A DNA stretch of 64,000 bases from Haliotis rufescens (taxonomy: Eukaryota): contig NW_025964279.1 of assembly GCF_023055435.1 (NCBI RefSeq), positions 1,550,001 to 1,614,000 on the forward strand, written 5' to 3'. The notes below the pieces were generated by a model. The model did not search any database. It was not told where the DNA came from and worked only from the letters and a program-made list of their open reading frames with translations. A program made the position numbers and the translations under genes. This document shows positions 37,501 to 50,124 of this stretch, one piece after another. Position 1 is the first letter of the stretch. Every line of letters begins with the position of its first letter.

Positions 37501-40500
37501 TTACTTCCGATGTCAACTTAAAACCTTTCTATTTACGCGAGCTCTTTTACTTTTCACCTGTATTTTTCATGTGCTACTGAGCAGCTGAATGAAGCGGGAA
37601 GGTTAGGCGACACAAATGCATTATTAAACAACATATCGCGATACTGAATTTAGGGTTACATGTATGTGCACTTTCACAAACTGTATCGTGTTTAAACCAT
37701 AAATAGTACTGACGCATTCATCTCATTCAGAATGCTTACGGACTTGTCAAAGAAGGCTTGTAAATGGGGTTAGAGTGGCATACAGTCTACAGTTGTACAG
37801 CAGACTCTCTAATCTGAATTTGGTTTCAATCAGTTCTTTGTCACTTACGTTTCCCATGCAATTCCCTATTTTTACATGTACCATATGTTCCCGTGTTTTT
37901 AAGGTTACCAACTGACTTGCCTTTGCATGTGTTTGTGACGGATGCCACCGGTTCCCCTTTTCGCGAAAACCTGGTATCATTACTATTTCTTAGTAATTCA
38001 TAAACACATGCTTATGGTGTAGTCGAAATCGTACAATCGACTCGAGATTTTATATAATATGGAAAGGCCTCTGTCGCACAACGTCACGTTCAGTTCCGCA
38101 TAAGTTCCGCATAAGTTCCGCATAAGTTCCGCATAAGTTCCGCATAAGTTCCGCGGTGAGACTGCAAATATCCCGGACTAAATCCGTTTACGTCCCGCAG
38201 TAATTCATCAAATGTACCGCGCTTATTCCGTAAACCTACGACGGTAATTATAATACCGCAAACATGTCGCGGAAATTCCGAACACGATCGCGTCAAGTCC
38301 AGCAATAGTGTGTACACTCCGAGGCAAAAGTTATTGTATTTTCCCCAGTAGTGTGTGAGTGAAGAATGATGTTTTGTATTACGTCGAAAATGACAATTGC
38401 AGACTGCGCCAATTCTTTAAGTCTATTTGGCAGTGACACAATGTTGTTCGACAGACCACGAGGTTCGGAAATGCCGTTTTCACGCTGTAAGTACCAACCA
38501 ACTCGGCAGGTAATACCAGGAAGAGAAGACGGTCACGAATTGTCGCCTTCAAAAACATTGAGGATGACAAACGCCAATGGCTGTATGGTATAGTTAAGAC
38601 CCCCGCTACCTGATATCCACTACAATGTAATGCTGGTGCTGTTTTTCCTGCCAAGTCTTCAGATTCTGCTGCTCCTTCAAGGCTAAAAAAGATCGACGTG
38701 TATTTTTACATGATGCTGTTATTCTGGTCATGTACGCATCCAGAGGAAAATCAAAATACCAGGCCTTCCTTTTAGTCCCGTTTAGGTCGCCAAATCCCAT
38801 GCTTGTCGCATGAGTTCCCTTGTTTTTTTCAGGTGAACACTTGACTTGCCTTTGCATGTGTTTGTGACGGGTGCCACTGTTGCGGAAGGATACGCTCACC
38901 TTTTCGCGAACACCTGGTATCATTATGGTTCATTAACACATGGTCAGGATGTAGTCGGAATCGTACAATTGACTCTGCTTTTAGTAAACCTTTTTATGAT
39001 TATGGAAATGGTTTTGGTATCTTTCATTGACTAAAACGTGTATCGTGTGGTCAGACTGTGTGACATAGATGACTGGTGCATGTTTCTTTCTGGTCAGGGG
39101 GCACGGGTGGCCAATTCGTCTAAGGCGCCGCGATTGTCTGTGCAGAGTTGCGTCCCTTGGGCACGCCAGAAACCTATGATTGTGGGTTCGAATCCCGGTT
39201 CGCCCCGATTGTGTGTCTAGGTTTGTCAGCACCATACCCGTGCTCGTGGGTTTCACCGAAGTGGTAAACGTCAGAGACCTGCATCACTTCGGGCTTTCCT
39301 CCCACATTAAGCGCCAGCTGACACGCCGTGATATAACTAGAAAACTGTTAAAAGCGGCGTTAAACCCAACTCCCTCTTCCTGGTCAATACTCCATTTTCA
39401 GTCCGTGAATAATTGTAATTATTGTATAATTTCTGTTTCAACTGGAGAAAACATTATCTTATTTGGGAACAAATGATTTAAAACAAAATGTCTCAATCCT
39501 TTAGAATATCAAATGGTCGGTCGGTCCGCTAAACGATAATATGGGATGACACTTATATCAACATTCCGTATCCCAATCCATCCGAACCAGTACTAGGTTA
39601 TTACTACCGAAACATCATGATGAGGAGGATACAATTCAAAGCGTGCAGCATCATTGCTTTTCACTGTAAAACTACGTGGGCGTTGTACGGCGTGCTTTGA
39701 ATAAATGTAATTTCGTATTCACCCCCTTAGTCTCCACTTCATCGACTGAGCGTGTGGGTTAAGATAAATTAAAAATATCTTCCATCGTAATGTGGAACCA
39801 CTATTCATAAATCAAATTTCATATTCATAGGGTGTAAAACTTTAGATTTATACAGTAAGCTGTCCAGGTTTTAATACCTGTTCTTCAAGAAAATCAATTT
39901 TCTTTTTTTTTGAAATAGTATTATTCATCTTCATATTCGATATAAGTGATAATCGATCAGGTCTTAGGCCTAGGAATTGCATAATATTCATACTTCAAAA
40001 GGAATTGAATTGACTCATCAGCCTGATCTTATGATTGGTGATAAAAAATTTACATGTACATTTTGTTCACAAACAGCTCTCTGTTGCAATTGCATAAGTA
40101 ACACAAACGCAAGATAGATTCAAAACGAGTGAAGCTGATGGCCCCAAGTGGCCAAAGTAACCACAGATGTTCGTCCGTTATCCAGGATTGGCTTATCTTG
40201 TGTTCGAATCCCGGGTTCGTCTCGATTAGGACCACCAGATTTCAAACGTTCAAGCTATCCCCCCAATGTGCAAGTTTATGAGGCATGTCATTGAGTGAAT
40301 GTTCTTAAACATCGCAGTCATCAGTAGACCGGCTATTTACGGACAGTCTATCCACCATCACTTCCAGCGCAGTCCCGTCGCACACATAATCAACCACGTC
40401 ACCCAAACTGACCATTCCATCCATTTATATCAACACTTACGGCAACTTTAGGCTACTGGGGCGTCAATACTACCGAGGGAATCTCCCCGGTACGCAGGGC

Positions 40501-42261
40501 ATGCCACTGTAAACAACAGTCAATGGTAATGTTGATGGCCATCCAGGATTTGTCATACTAATTGGTACGATGAATTGTTTTAATTTCAAATATAAGAAAT
40601 TATAGGCAACAGGCGTTTTGAGTGGCTAGATGTCGTGGTGGCACTAGATCTTTAATATGTTAGTTATTTAATATGTGTTGCTTCGATACAGTTGGAAACA
40701 TAATCGATCTGCTCTCCTGGCAGATCAAAACATAGCGCTTGTGATGGTTGGTTGGTTGGTTCGTTGTTTAACGCCGCTCTCAGCAGTATTCCAGCTATAT
40801 GACGGCGATCTGTATATAATTGAGTCCGGATCAGACAATCCAGTAATTAATGTCATGAGCATTGATCCACGCAATTGGGACCGATGACATGCATCAACCA
40901 AGTCAGCGAGCCTGACCACCAGATCCGATTAGGCGCCTCTTACCACTTTCTCAATTAAGACTGAAGTGGGTGTATTATTTTTTTATGTATCGAAATTAGG
41001 CCTGCGAGTGTCAAGCCCTTTCTTGTGCATATGCAGTAACTGTTTAAAGAAAGCCAGCATGACAACGAAGTGCAATCAGCATCTCTGGTACCCATACATG
41101 TCTCTGGGGACGGAGATCAAAGCACTCAAACTTGAGCCAGGCACTTGAGCTAATGATAAGGAGTTTCTGAGTGAATTGATCAAAGCATGTATTAGAATCC
41201 GCCATGTTAATTTTTTGAGTCAGTCAGACGAACTTTAAATCCTTTATTTCACATTGAGTTTTTGAGGTTTGGCAAAATCAAAGGCGAATCAATAAGTCAC
41301 CATGCATTCTGCAAAGGATGATGAGGAAACCAGGCGTGATCTGATGCAATTATCTGATAAATGAAATCTTCACATGGGATATTACTGTGTATTGGGGTCA
41401 ACGTGACAGTATGCATTCATTGTAATGGCCAGGAAAGACACACGGCGCCACCTTTGGCATATAAACGAGGAGAGATGGTAATGTAATTTTCATTTGGAAA
41501 TCTCGATGTAATAAGAATGTTGTGTCATCAAGAAATGTGGTTACGAGTCACTTTTATATTTCGATGATATCCAGTGTAGTTTAATAAATAGAGGTTACCA
41601 CCAGCGTATGTTTTCGGATGGTAAATATCCAGTATTGGGAATGAACATTTGTATTTATAGCTCATCGAAAAACTATTCCCACAAGTAAGTTTTCCTGGAC
41701 ATACTTACCCTTTTCGCGAACACCTGGTGTCATGCAGTGATCCAATCAAACAGCGAATTTGGAAAATACTCGATTCTGATTAGCTAATGACAGGTGTCAA
41801 ATCTCAATAACCGCCTCTGGTTGAAAGAGCTGATTTCATGACCGCATATGCATATCATATAATTAAAAAAATTATGAGAACTAAGGAAACAGATTTTCCT
41901 CAGACAGTTTTGATTGATATACTCAGGGGTCAACCGCTCATTCCTCCACAGGGGAGTTTCAAGTTACACTATTAATGGAACAGTTCTTCATTTCTCAATC
42001 ACTGTCGGTTGGCTTTTGAAACGATGATATGTACAGTTATATGCTACTATATGTTAACACAATGTTTTGCAAAACATTTGATCTGAAAACAAGATGGAAA
42101 GCGACTATGAGAGTATATATATTTAAAGTTTTAGTGCAACAAAGAGCTTGAAATTTGACACATACACAATGTAATGTTAAAATAAGCAATCAAAACATCA
42201 TAAAAGAAACTGGTGGCGTAGAACTTAACGTTAAAAGGCTTGCATATCATTAAGTTTTCAT
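34561..42261 (+). repeat. 7.7 kb tandem segmental repeat, copy 4 (~7700 bp)
   Basis: Same junction at start. Homology ends at TAAGTTT-TCAT, followed by unique CATAGGCG. Confidence 0.97.
39097..39374 (+). mobile_element. SINE family B (array copy 4)
   Basis: Positional equivalent of 16092-16369. Confidence 0.93.
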
Positions 42262-42398
42262 CATAGGCGCCCACTTTCAATGCCCGTCATAAAGGGCTTT
42301 CGTGAACAAACGTTTCGAGTTCACTCTATGCACATGTACACTTTGGATAGCCATTAGAGCTATATACGCGTATCTAAATTCACATTCAAATGTGTGGA

Positions 42399-42569
42399 GG
42401 GGCGGTCGGGTAGCCTAGTGGTTAAAGCGTTCGCTCGTCACGCCGAAGATCCGGGTTCGAATCCCGACATGGGTACAATGTGTGAAGCCCATTTCTGATG
42501 TCCCCCGCCGTGATATTGCTGGAATATTACTAAAAGCGGAGTAAAACCAAACTCACTCACTTACTCACT
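42399..42569 (+). mobile_element. SINE family A, full length
   Basis: Matches 8266-8428. Confidence 0.93.
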
Positions 42570-42829
42570 ACTGTTCTACTGTTTGCTTGTCACAATGGCT
42601 AGACGGTAACCCTGTAGACGGTTGATGCCTATAAGTCAAGCAACCAAACACAAATAAAGACGCGCCGAAGTTGTGTTTGTGGTTTGGTGAACACAGGTCA
42701 ATGGCCCCTCATGAACTCAAGATTCACATCTCATTGTTTTGTTTCATCTGACGATTCATTTGATCTATTTGTCAAATTCAACTGAACCCGGTCCCGCGAG
42801 ACACTCATGAATCACGCGTAGGTCACGAG

Positions 42830-43010
42830 TGAGTGAGTGAGTGAGTGAGTGTGCATGGTTTAACGCCGCGCGCTTTTAGCAATATTCCAGCAATATCACG
42901 GCGGGGAACACCAGAAATGGGCTTCACACATTGTACCCATGTCGGGAATCGAACCCGGGTCGTCGGCGCGTTGAGCGAACGCTTTAACCACAAGGCTACC
43001 CGACCGCCCC
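42830..43010 (-). mobile_element. SINE family A, full length
   Basis: Perfect 13-bp TSD CGTAGGTCACGAG. Confidence 0.95.
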
Positions 43011-43312
43011 CGTAGGTCACGAGGCACTCGTGTACTCAACAGGTTGCACACCCGCTTCACTTCCGTTGCACACGCGTGATCATCCCGTTTGCAACCCGTT
43101 GTGCACCCGTGTCACGAGCGTGTTACACGCGTTCTCAACGCGTATAAGGGGAATTAACTTCTAGGCGGTAGTATAAGTCAAAATCCCGTAATTATACAAT
43201 AATTCGTGCACACATAACATGTTCAGGACCATGTTGCGAGGATATGCTGGAGGTGATGTAGTGTTGATGCAATGATGAGATGTTGTTTGTTCTGGATGTT
43301 CTTAAGGTTAAG

Positions 43313-43402
43313 GAGCGGTGGGGTAGCCTTGTGGTTAAAGCGTTCGCTCGACGCGCCGAAGGCCAGGGTTCGGTTCTCCATATGTGTGAAGCCGATTTTT
43401 GG
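43313..43402 (+). mobile_element. SINE family A, 5' fragment
   Basis: GGGTAGCCTTGTGGTTAAAGCGTTCGCTCG head. Confidence 0.75.
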
Positions 43403-43502
43403 TCTGATTTAAAAATGCTAAGTTTCACTCAATGACACTAATTAGAAATAAAGGGATTTATTTGTTTTCAAACAGTCATTCGTGTGAACAGCTCATTTAA
43501 GG

Positions 43503-43851
43503 CACTTCGGGCTTTCCTCCCACATTTTGCTGACACCTGCTTGCCATAAAAGGCGACTATGCTTGTCGTAAGAGGCGACTAACGGGATCAGGTGGTCAGG
43601 CTCGCTGACTTGGTTGATGCATGTCATCGTATCCCAATTGCCTGGGTCGATGCTCATGATGTCAATCACTGGAGATTCTGGTCCAGCCTCGATTATTTAC
43701 AGACCGCCGTCCAATAGCAGGAGTATTGCTGAGTGCGGCGTTAAACAACAAACAACAACAACAACAATATGCTGACACGCCGTGATTTAACTGCCGTGGA
43801 ATACTGTTCAATACTGTAAACCCAACTCACTCACTCACTCACTCACTCACT
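43503..43851 (+). mobile_element. 3' part of family B SINE containing a nested family C insertion (43537-43767)
   Basis: B tail split by C, with TSD T[T/A]TGCTGACAC. Confidence 0.9.
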
Positions 43852-44552
43852 ATCAGTGCAATACTGCTCGACATGAACACCGTGCTGAGAAACTGAGAGA
43901 ATTGAACTCCATTCTGAACAGTGCTTCTGTTGTGTAACTACATGTCAACATAACCTGGAGGAACACCAGAAGTGATGCGGAACATACATCATTAGGGAAA
44001 CTTTGCTATTCGGAGCCACGAGAATAGGATTCCCTGTATTTAATGTCAGTCTGTTTCACTGGGATTATATGACCATTTGACAGCAGCATTAGAGGCACAT
44101 GCATATGCCAATATCTGTGATAAAAAGTCAGTTGTATAAGCGACGAGCCCTTTCCAATGTCATCAAACATCTTTGCCAAAAGAAGAGTCGGGTGTACAAT
44201 TCCTACTTTATCAGAAGAATTTGTTTATGATTCTCTTTCAAATAGGGATGATAAAGTACATGTCGTAATGTTGAATATTTGAGATGAAATATAATGCTCT
44301 CTCTAGATCTGTGGCTCAAAACAAATACCGTCTATAGAATCGTGTTACCGCCTGTCGCTAGAACCAGGAAGAAATATAGTTATGTAAGTTAAGTATGTGA
44401 GGTTTTGCATGACATTGTTGAAAAATGTCACAGTGACACTGTTTTTGAAGGCAGCATGTTAAACAGGTGCTTGATTTTCTCGCTGTGGTGGTTAAAATAC
44501 TGCTAAAAGACGATTACGACGACTCGGATAAACATCTTTATACATACGTGGA

Positions 44553-44907
44553 GGTGAGGTGAGGTGAAATGGGGTTTAACGTCGCGTCCAAGATTATTGC
44601 ACTTATATACCGACGTGCATGTACGTGTGTGTGTTTGTGTGGCTGCTTGTACTAGTCCGGACTGATGCCGATTTATAGTGCTAGCTCACTGAGATACCAT
44701 GCCGCAGTTTAACATGAATACCCCACTCAGACACAGTATACTGACTCCGAGCCGACCAGTCCTTGTTTTAGCCCCTTAATGCCGAGCGCCAGACAGGGTA
44801 ACAACAAGTACCATCTTTTAACGTCTTTTGGTATGACGCGGTCGGGGATCGAAGCCCGGACCTTCCGCTCTCCGGGCGGACGCTCTACCACTAGACCACG
44901 GAGGCGG
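44553..44907 (-). mobile_element. SINE family D (Meta/MESC), full length
   Basis: Perfect 15-bp TSD TTATACATACGTGGA, tRNA A/B boxes, Meta core, (CACCT)n tail. Confidence 0.95.
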
Positions 44908-44939
44908 TTATACATACGTGGACTTCATATTAATTGACG

Positions 44940-45056
44940 TCACTTTTCCCTGTGTTTTTCCAGGTTATCATTTGCCTTTGCTTGTGTTTGTGATGGGTGC
45001 CTTTGGTGGGGCAGGAATCGCTCACGTGTTCGCGAAGACCTGGTATCATTATCACT
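44940..45056 (+). mobile_element. Penelope-like 3' tail subtype A
   Basis: TTGCCTTTGCTTGTGTTTGTGATGGGTG...TTCGCGAAGACCTGGTATCAT. Confidence 0.7.
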
Positions 45057-45384
45057 GTTATGTAGCTGGAATATTGCATAGTGCGACGTTCAACAAACTG
45101 CACATTTCATACGTATCAAATTTAGAAACTTAATAACCGTTGACGTAGTCACCATGGCATTTGTACAAGAAATGAATGATAGATGGATGTTTTTTCATGT
45201 CATTATGTATTGGTATTGGCTTTCTTTGACAGTCACTTTGAAGTTCATAAGAAACCATATGATGAATTGTATTAAATCTTTTCTCATACGAATACCAATT
45301 GGTAATGCTTGACATTTAACATGACAAATTGATAATTGGAGGGAAATTGTGTCACATTTTAAATGAACTGTAAACTTTGGGGTC

Positions 45385-45912
45385 AACAGGCTACATATTA
45401 CACCGTTAATACATGGGGTACATGTTGCACTCTTGATGAACAGGCTACATATCACACCGCTAATACATGGGCTACATGTTACTCTCTTGATGAAAACGCT
45501 ACATGTCACTTTCCTGATCAACAATCTACACAAAACACTCTTTTTCAACAGGCTACAAGTTACACTCTTGATAAACAGGCTATATAGACGCTCTTGATGA
45601 ACATGATGTACAGTGCACTCTTGATAAACAGGCTACATGTTGTGCTCTTGATAAACAGGATACACAGAACGCTCTTCGTTAAAAGGCTTCAAATGCCACT
45701 TTTGATAAACAGGCTACATATTACACTCTTCATAAAAAGACTATAAATACACTCTTGATAAACATGATACATAGTACACTCTTGATAAAAAGGCTACATT
45801 TTGTGCTCTTGGTAAACGGGATACACTACACTCTTGGTAAACAGGCCACATATTACGCTCTTGACAAACAAGATGCACAGGTCACTTTTGATAAACAGGG
45901 TGTACAGTACAT
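45385..45912 (+). repeat. Degenerate 27-bp minisatellite, ~20 units
   Basis: Consensus CACTCTTGATAAACAGGCTACATATTA. Confidence 0.9.
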
Positions 45913-45944
45913 TACATGCATCATACTCTTCTTCAAGATGCTAC

Positions 45945-46196
45945 GGGGCACGGGTGGCCCAGTCGTCTGAGGCGCAGCGATTCTTGGGCAAGCCAGAAAC
46001 CTATGATTGTGGGTTCGAACCCAGGTTCGCCCCGATTATGTTTCTAGGTTTGTCAGCACCATACCCGTGCTCGTGGGTTTCACCGAAGCGGTAAACGTCT
46101 GAGACCTGTATCACTTCGGGCTTTCCTCCCACATTAAGCTGGCACGCCGTGATATAACTGGAATACTGTTAAAAGCGGAGTTAATCCCAACTCACC
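45945..46196 (+). mobile_element. SINE family B with head deletion
   Basis: B consensus missing part of the A-B spacer. Confidence 0.9.
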
Positions 46197-46285
46197 CAAG
46201 ACGCACTACGCATTACGTGTGAACGGGTTGATTTGTTCCCCGTGATAAAGCCGTAACACTGCGGTTTGAAGAGTTATTATTGATT

Positions 46286-46500
46286 GCTCTACTACTGGTT
46301 TACCCACCTGAACTAGAAATAAAGGAGATCAATGATACTGCCTCATCTGTTTCATATTTAGATAAATGCATAAAGATTCCCCTTAATGTGGAAAATTCCT
46401 CCAGCCTTTGGTGTTTACATTCCACAACTATTGAGATACAATCGAACCTGCCCCTTCTATCAATATTTGTTCAGAAGTTGTTTGATCAAGGTTACAACAG
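46286..46500 (+). mobile_element. Penelope-like RT relic
   Basis: VYPPELEIKEINDTASSVSYLD, then after a frameshift PAFGVYIPQLLRYNRTCPFYQ and KLFDQGY; paralog of 8559-8801. Confidence 0.8.
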
Positions 46501-47028
46501 GAAGATAAATTTAAGTTTATGCCCTCGAGCATATTTAAAACACAGCTTGGTCCCTTTGGGACATTTGTACAGAAACGCTAACACTAAGTTTTTATAGACC
46601 TTTCTATTGCTCTTGTTGTAAGCCTTTTAGATAAATCAGCCTTTTCACTGTATTTTGTGTGAGATATAGCCATGTTATCAAAACGGTCAATATGTGGTTT
46701 TGAGCAGAAATGTTTTTTAACATGCGAAAAAGGTCCATATTTTCTTTTGAAATAATTGATATATTTGCGTAATGCATTATTCGTTGCACGCAAAGTTTAA
46801 ATAATTAAATCAAATTGTAGTACATGCAGCAATAGTTCAACCCTCAGACCGCTTCAGTTTCATATTTTTTCTTGTTCCGATCAATCGAGGTTTATTTTCA
46901 AACTAACAGACACAATACTTGATAAATATACAATTTTGTTTTGGGGAATGTCCTCTGGGATAAACTCCTTTCACACGATTTCGGCTCGGAAGTGGTCCAC
47001 AGCAACCTTTGCTTGTCCTAAATGGTGA

Positions 47029-47192
47029 GGGGCGGTCGGGTAGCTTAGTGGTTAAAGCGTTAACTCGTCACGCCGAAGACCCGGGTTCGATTCCCAACAT
47101 GGGTACAATGTGTGAAGCCCATTTCTGGTGTCCCCAGCCGTGATATTGCTGGAATATTGCTAAAGAAGTGGCGTAAAAAAATACTCACTCAC
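47029..47192 (+). mobile_element. SINE family A, full length
   Basis: 12-bp TSD CCTAAATGG[T/C]GA. Confidence 0.93.
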
Positions 47193-47362
47193 CCTAAATG
47201 GCGATCGAATGTATCGGGGGTTCAAGCTCGATGACGTAGTTGCCGAACTGGTTCCATTGTATCAGATCAAGGGGACTGCAGAATATGCATGTATATCAGA
47301 ACATGTATTTATTTGTCATCATTCATATAACCTAGCCAGGCAGAAAGGATTCATTCTGATAT

Positions 47363-47643
47363 AAGTGAGTGAGTGAGTTGGGTTTAACGTCGCTTTTAAC
47401 AGTATTCCTGTTATATCGCGGCGTGTCAGCTTCATGTTGGAGGAAAGCCCGAAGTGATGCAGGTCTCAGACGTTTACCACTTCGGTGAAACCCACGAGCA
47501 CGGGTATGGTGCTGACAAACCTAGAAACATAATCGGGGCGAACCTGGATTCGAACCCACTATCATAGGTTTCTGGCGTGCCCAAGGGACGCAACTCTGCA
47601 CAGCGAATCGTGGCGCCTTAGACGACTGGGCCACCCGTGCCCC
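47363..47643 (-). mobile_element. SINE family B, full length
   Basis: TSD CATTCTGATAT. Confidence 0.95.
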
Positions 47644-48509
47644 CATTCTGATATTAAATCATGCTATTTGAGGAAAGTTGATTGCGCCAGACCCCAGTTA
47701 CCAACTTTACTCGTGTGCAGTGTTACACACATCAGTCTACTCAAGCATCGACAAACAGATTCGGAACATGATATAGCCATGCATCAACCTCTTGCACACA
47801 GACATAGCATCGCATCACGGATGACTCTGAACTTACAACGTGCAAGAAGTTGAAAAATGTGCGGTTCCAACCTCCAAAAAGACGTGTTGTTTTACTACTT
47901 CAATGGCGTGTAATGGAGCGTTTAACACAAAAGTAAAAGTTTTAGTCATGTATATGACGTGCATGTTTCTTTGAATTTCAGATCTTGGGGATATATGAAG
48001 TGAAGAAGTTATTGGCAATGTGTTCTTTCTTTTGGTTTTAACTCAAGTAGTAAAGAAATCCGATTCTTACGCAAAGAGAAATAGATCAGCGAGGAGAGGG
48101 GCCTATGGCCTAATTCGTACCTGTGGGTATACCGGGTACTTGTCTAAATATTCTGTCTTGCAAATTTTACAAAGATAGTGTCAGTCAGGAAATCTAGCAA
48201 CTTTGGAATCTGGATATGTCTATGATCTATTTTAAGAAATTGACCACATTCATTAAGATTAAATTTGCAAACTGTAATTTCACCTTCAATTTATCATATT
48301 AGTTGTATAAAGGGATGAAGAATCAATAGTTTAAACTTGAAAGTTTTGTCCTCGTCTGAGATTCTATAACTTCATGTAAAAATTGATTCTTCAAGATCCA
48401 CATGTGATTAACTCCACTTGTTTCATACATTCTCTGACAATATTTCATTAGGTCTTGTGTCAAAAGGGTTCCAAATCGAGTGCATGCATGTCGCTTTATA
48501 TATGTTGAA

Positions 48510-48698
48510 CGCGACGTTAAACCCCATTTAATTTCACCTTACCTCAGGGGCGGTCGGGTCGACTTGTGGTTAAAGCGTACGCTCGACACGCCGAAAACCC
48601 GGGTTCGATTCTCGACATGTGTGAAGCTCATTTCTAGTGTCCCCCGCCGTGATATTGCTGGAATATTGCTAAAAGTGGCGTAAAACTATACTCACTCA
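48510..48698 (+). mobile_element. Family D tail followed by family A SINE (48547-48698), ending at an assembly gap
   Basis: CGCGACGTTAAACCCCATTT, then GGGGCGGTCGGG head. Confidence 0.85.
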
Positions 48699-48848
48699 NN
48701 NNNNNNNNNNNNNNNNNNNNNNNNNNNNNNNNNNNNNNNNNNNNNNNNNNNNNNNNNNNNNNNNNNNNNNNNNNNNNNNNNNNNNNNNNNNNNNNNNNNN
48801 NNNNNNNNNNNNNNNNNNNNNNNNNNNNNNNNNNNNNNNNNNNNNNNN
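48699..48848. other. Assembly gap (N-run)
   Basis: 150 N. Confidence 1.
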
Positions 48849-49280
48849 ACACTGATCCACATATCGTCTGGATGGCAGTTATGTCACACAAGTCGCCAGA
48901 TATGGATTGAAGACACATCTCTTATGTCAGATTTGGAACAAACTCTCGACATTTCATTGTCATTCCGCGCTGTAGCTACACGTAACGTCACTGGTGAGTA
49001 GGACTGAGAGAAGTAAGTTTGAACATGGGGACACCTTGAGCTGTCATTACTGTTCCAGATGTCATCGGTGCACAGGTGGGGCGTCCTCATGCTCTGTTTT
49101 CTGACAAGACTAAAAATACAATGCATGGTCAATTTGAGTCTTCTTCACACCACACTAACAGGCATCTTAACTTCATCACTTTCACTTTTGAACGAAAATA
49201 CATTTGACTGCCAAGTCATTGAAGCTTGCATGTTTAATAGTCGTGTACCGCTGGAGCTGCTGGATTATTGCACGACAATA

Positions 49281-49446
49281 GTGAGTGAGTATGGTTTTAC
49301 CCCACTTTTAGCAATATTCCAGCAATATCACGGCGGGGGACACCAGAAATGGGCTTCACACATTGTACCCATGTTGGCAATCTAACCCGGGTCTTCGGCG
49401 TGACGAGCGAACGCTTTAACCACAAGGCTACCCACCCGACCGCCCC
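49281..49446 (-). mobile_element. SINE family A, full length
   Basis: Perfect 12-bp TSD TGCACGACAATA. Confidence 0.95.
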
Positions 49447-49591
49447 TGCACGACAATAAAGCGAAAGTAGAATTTGAAGCAATCACACTTGTCTTATGAA
49501 TAGTTTGTTGTCACTCTGAATCTCAAGGCTAAGATATTCGAATATGTAACACATGCGGAGGTTTCACTGGCCTCTGTTATTTCTGGTTCAG

Positions 49592-49699
49592 GGTCCCGTT
49601 CCACAAAGCGATCGTAGCGGTAAGACGATCGTAACTTCCCATACTTTAACATAGACTTAAGACAGTCTTAGCGCTAAGATCGCATCGTGGAACGGGACC
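49592..49699. mobile_element. PIF/Harbinger-like MITE, 108 bp
   Basis: TIR GGTCCCGTTCCAC / GTGGAACGGGACC, CAG TSD; same family as 13660-13766 in opposite orientation; partial copy at 60048-60115. Confidence 0.88.
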
Positions 49700-49724
49700 C
49701 AGGTGTGTAAATCACTCCACATGT

Positions 49725-49970
49725 ACCCGTGAAGATTCCGGGGTAGAATAGGTCTTCAGCAACCAATGCTTGTCGTAAAAGGCGACTAACGGGATCGGGT
49801 GGTCAGGCTCGCTGACTTGGTTGATGCATGTCATCGATCCCAATTGCGTGGATCGATGCTCATGATATTAATCACTGGATTGTCTGGTCCAGACTGGATT
49901 ATTTACAGACTGCCGTCATATAGCTGGAATACTGCTGAGTGCGGCGTAAAACATCAAACCAACCAACCAA
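49725..49970 (+). mobile_element. Family C, full length, single hairpin unit
   Basis: TSD CACT[C/A]CACATGTA. Confidence 0.93.
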
Positions 49971-50124
49971 CCACTACACATGTATATCTCTGGTCACCAC
50001 GCTTTGTTAGAAATGCCCCTTGGTTCAAGGAATGGAGTGTTTTATAGTTCGTCGTGTGGGAAAGTGGTGTATAGCTGGGAAATCAAACGTTTTGACATGG
50101 CTCAAGCCGGTTCTTTCTGAGATT

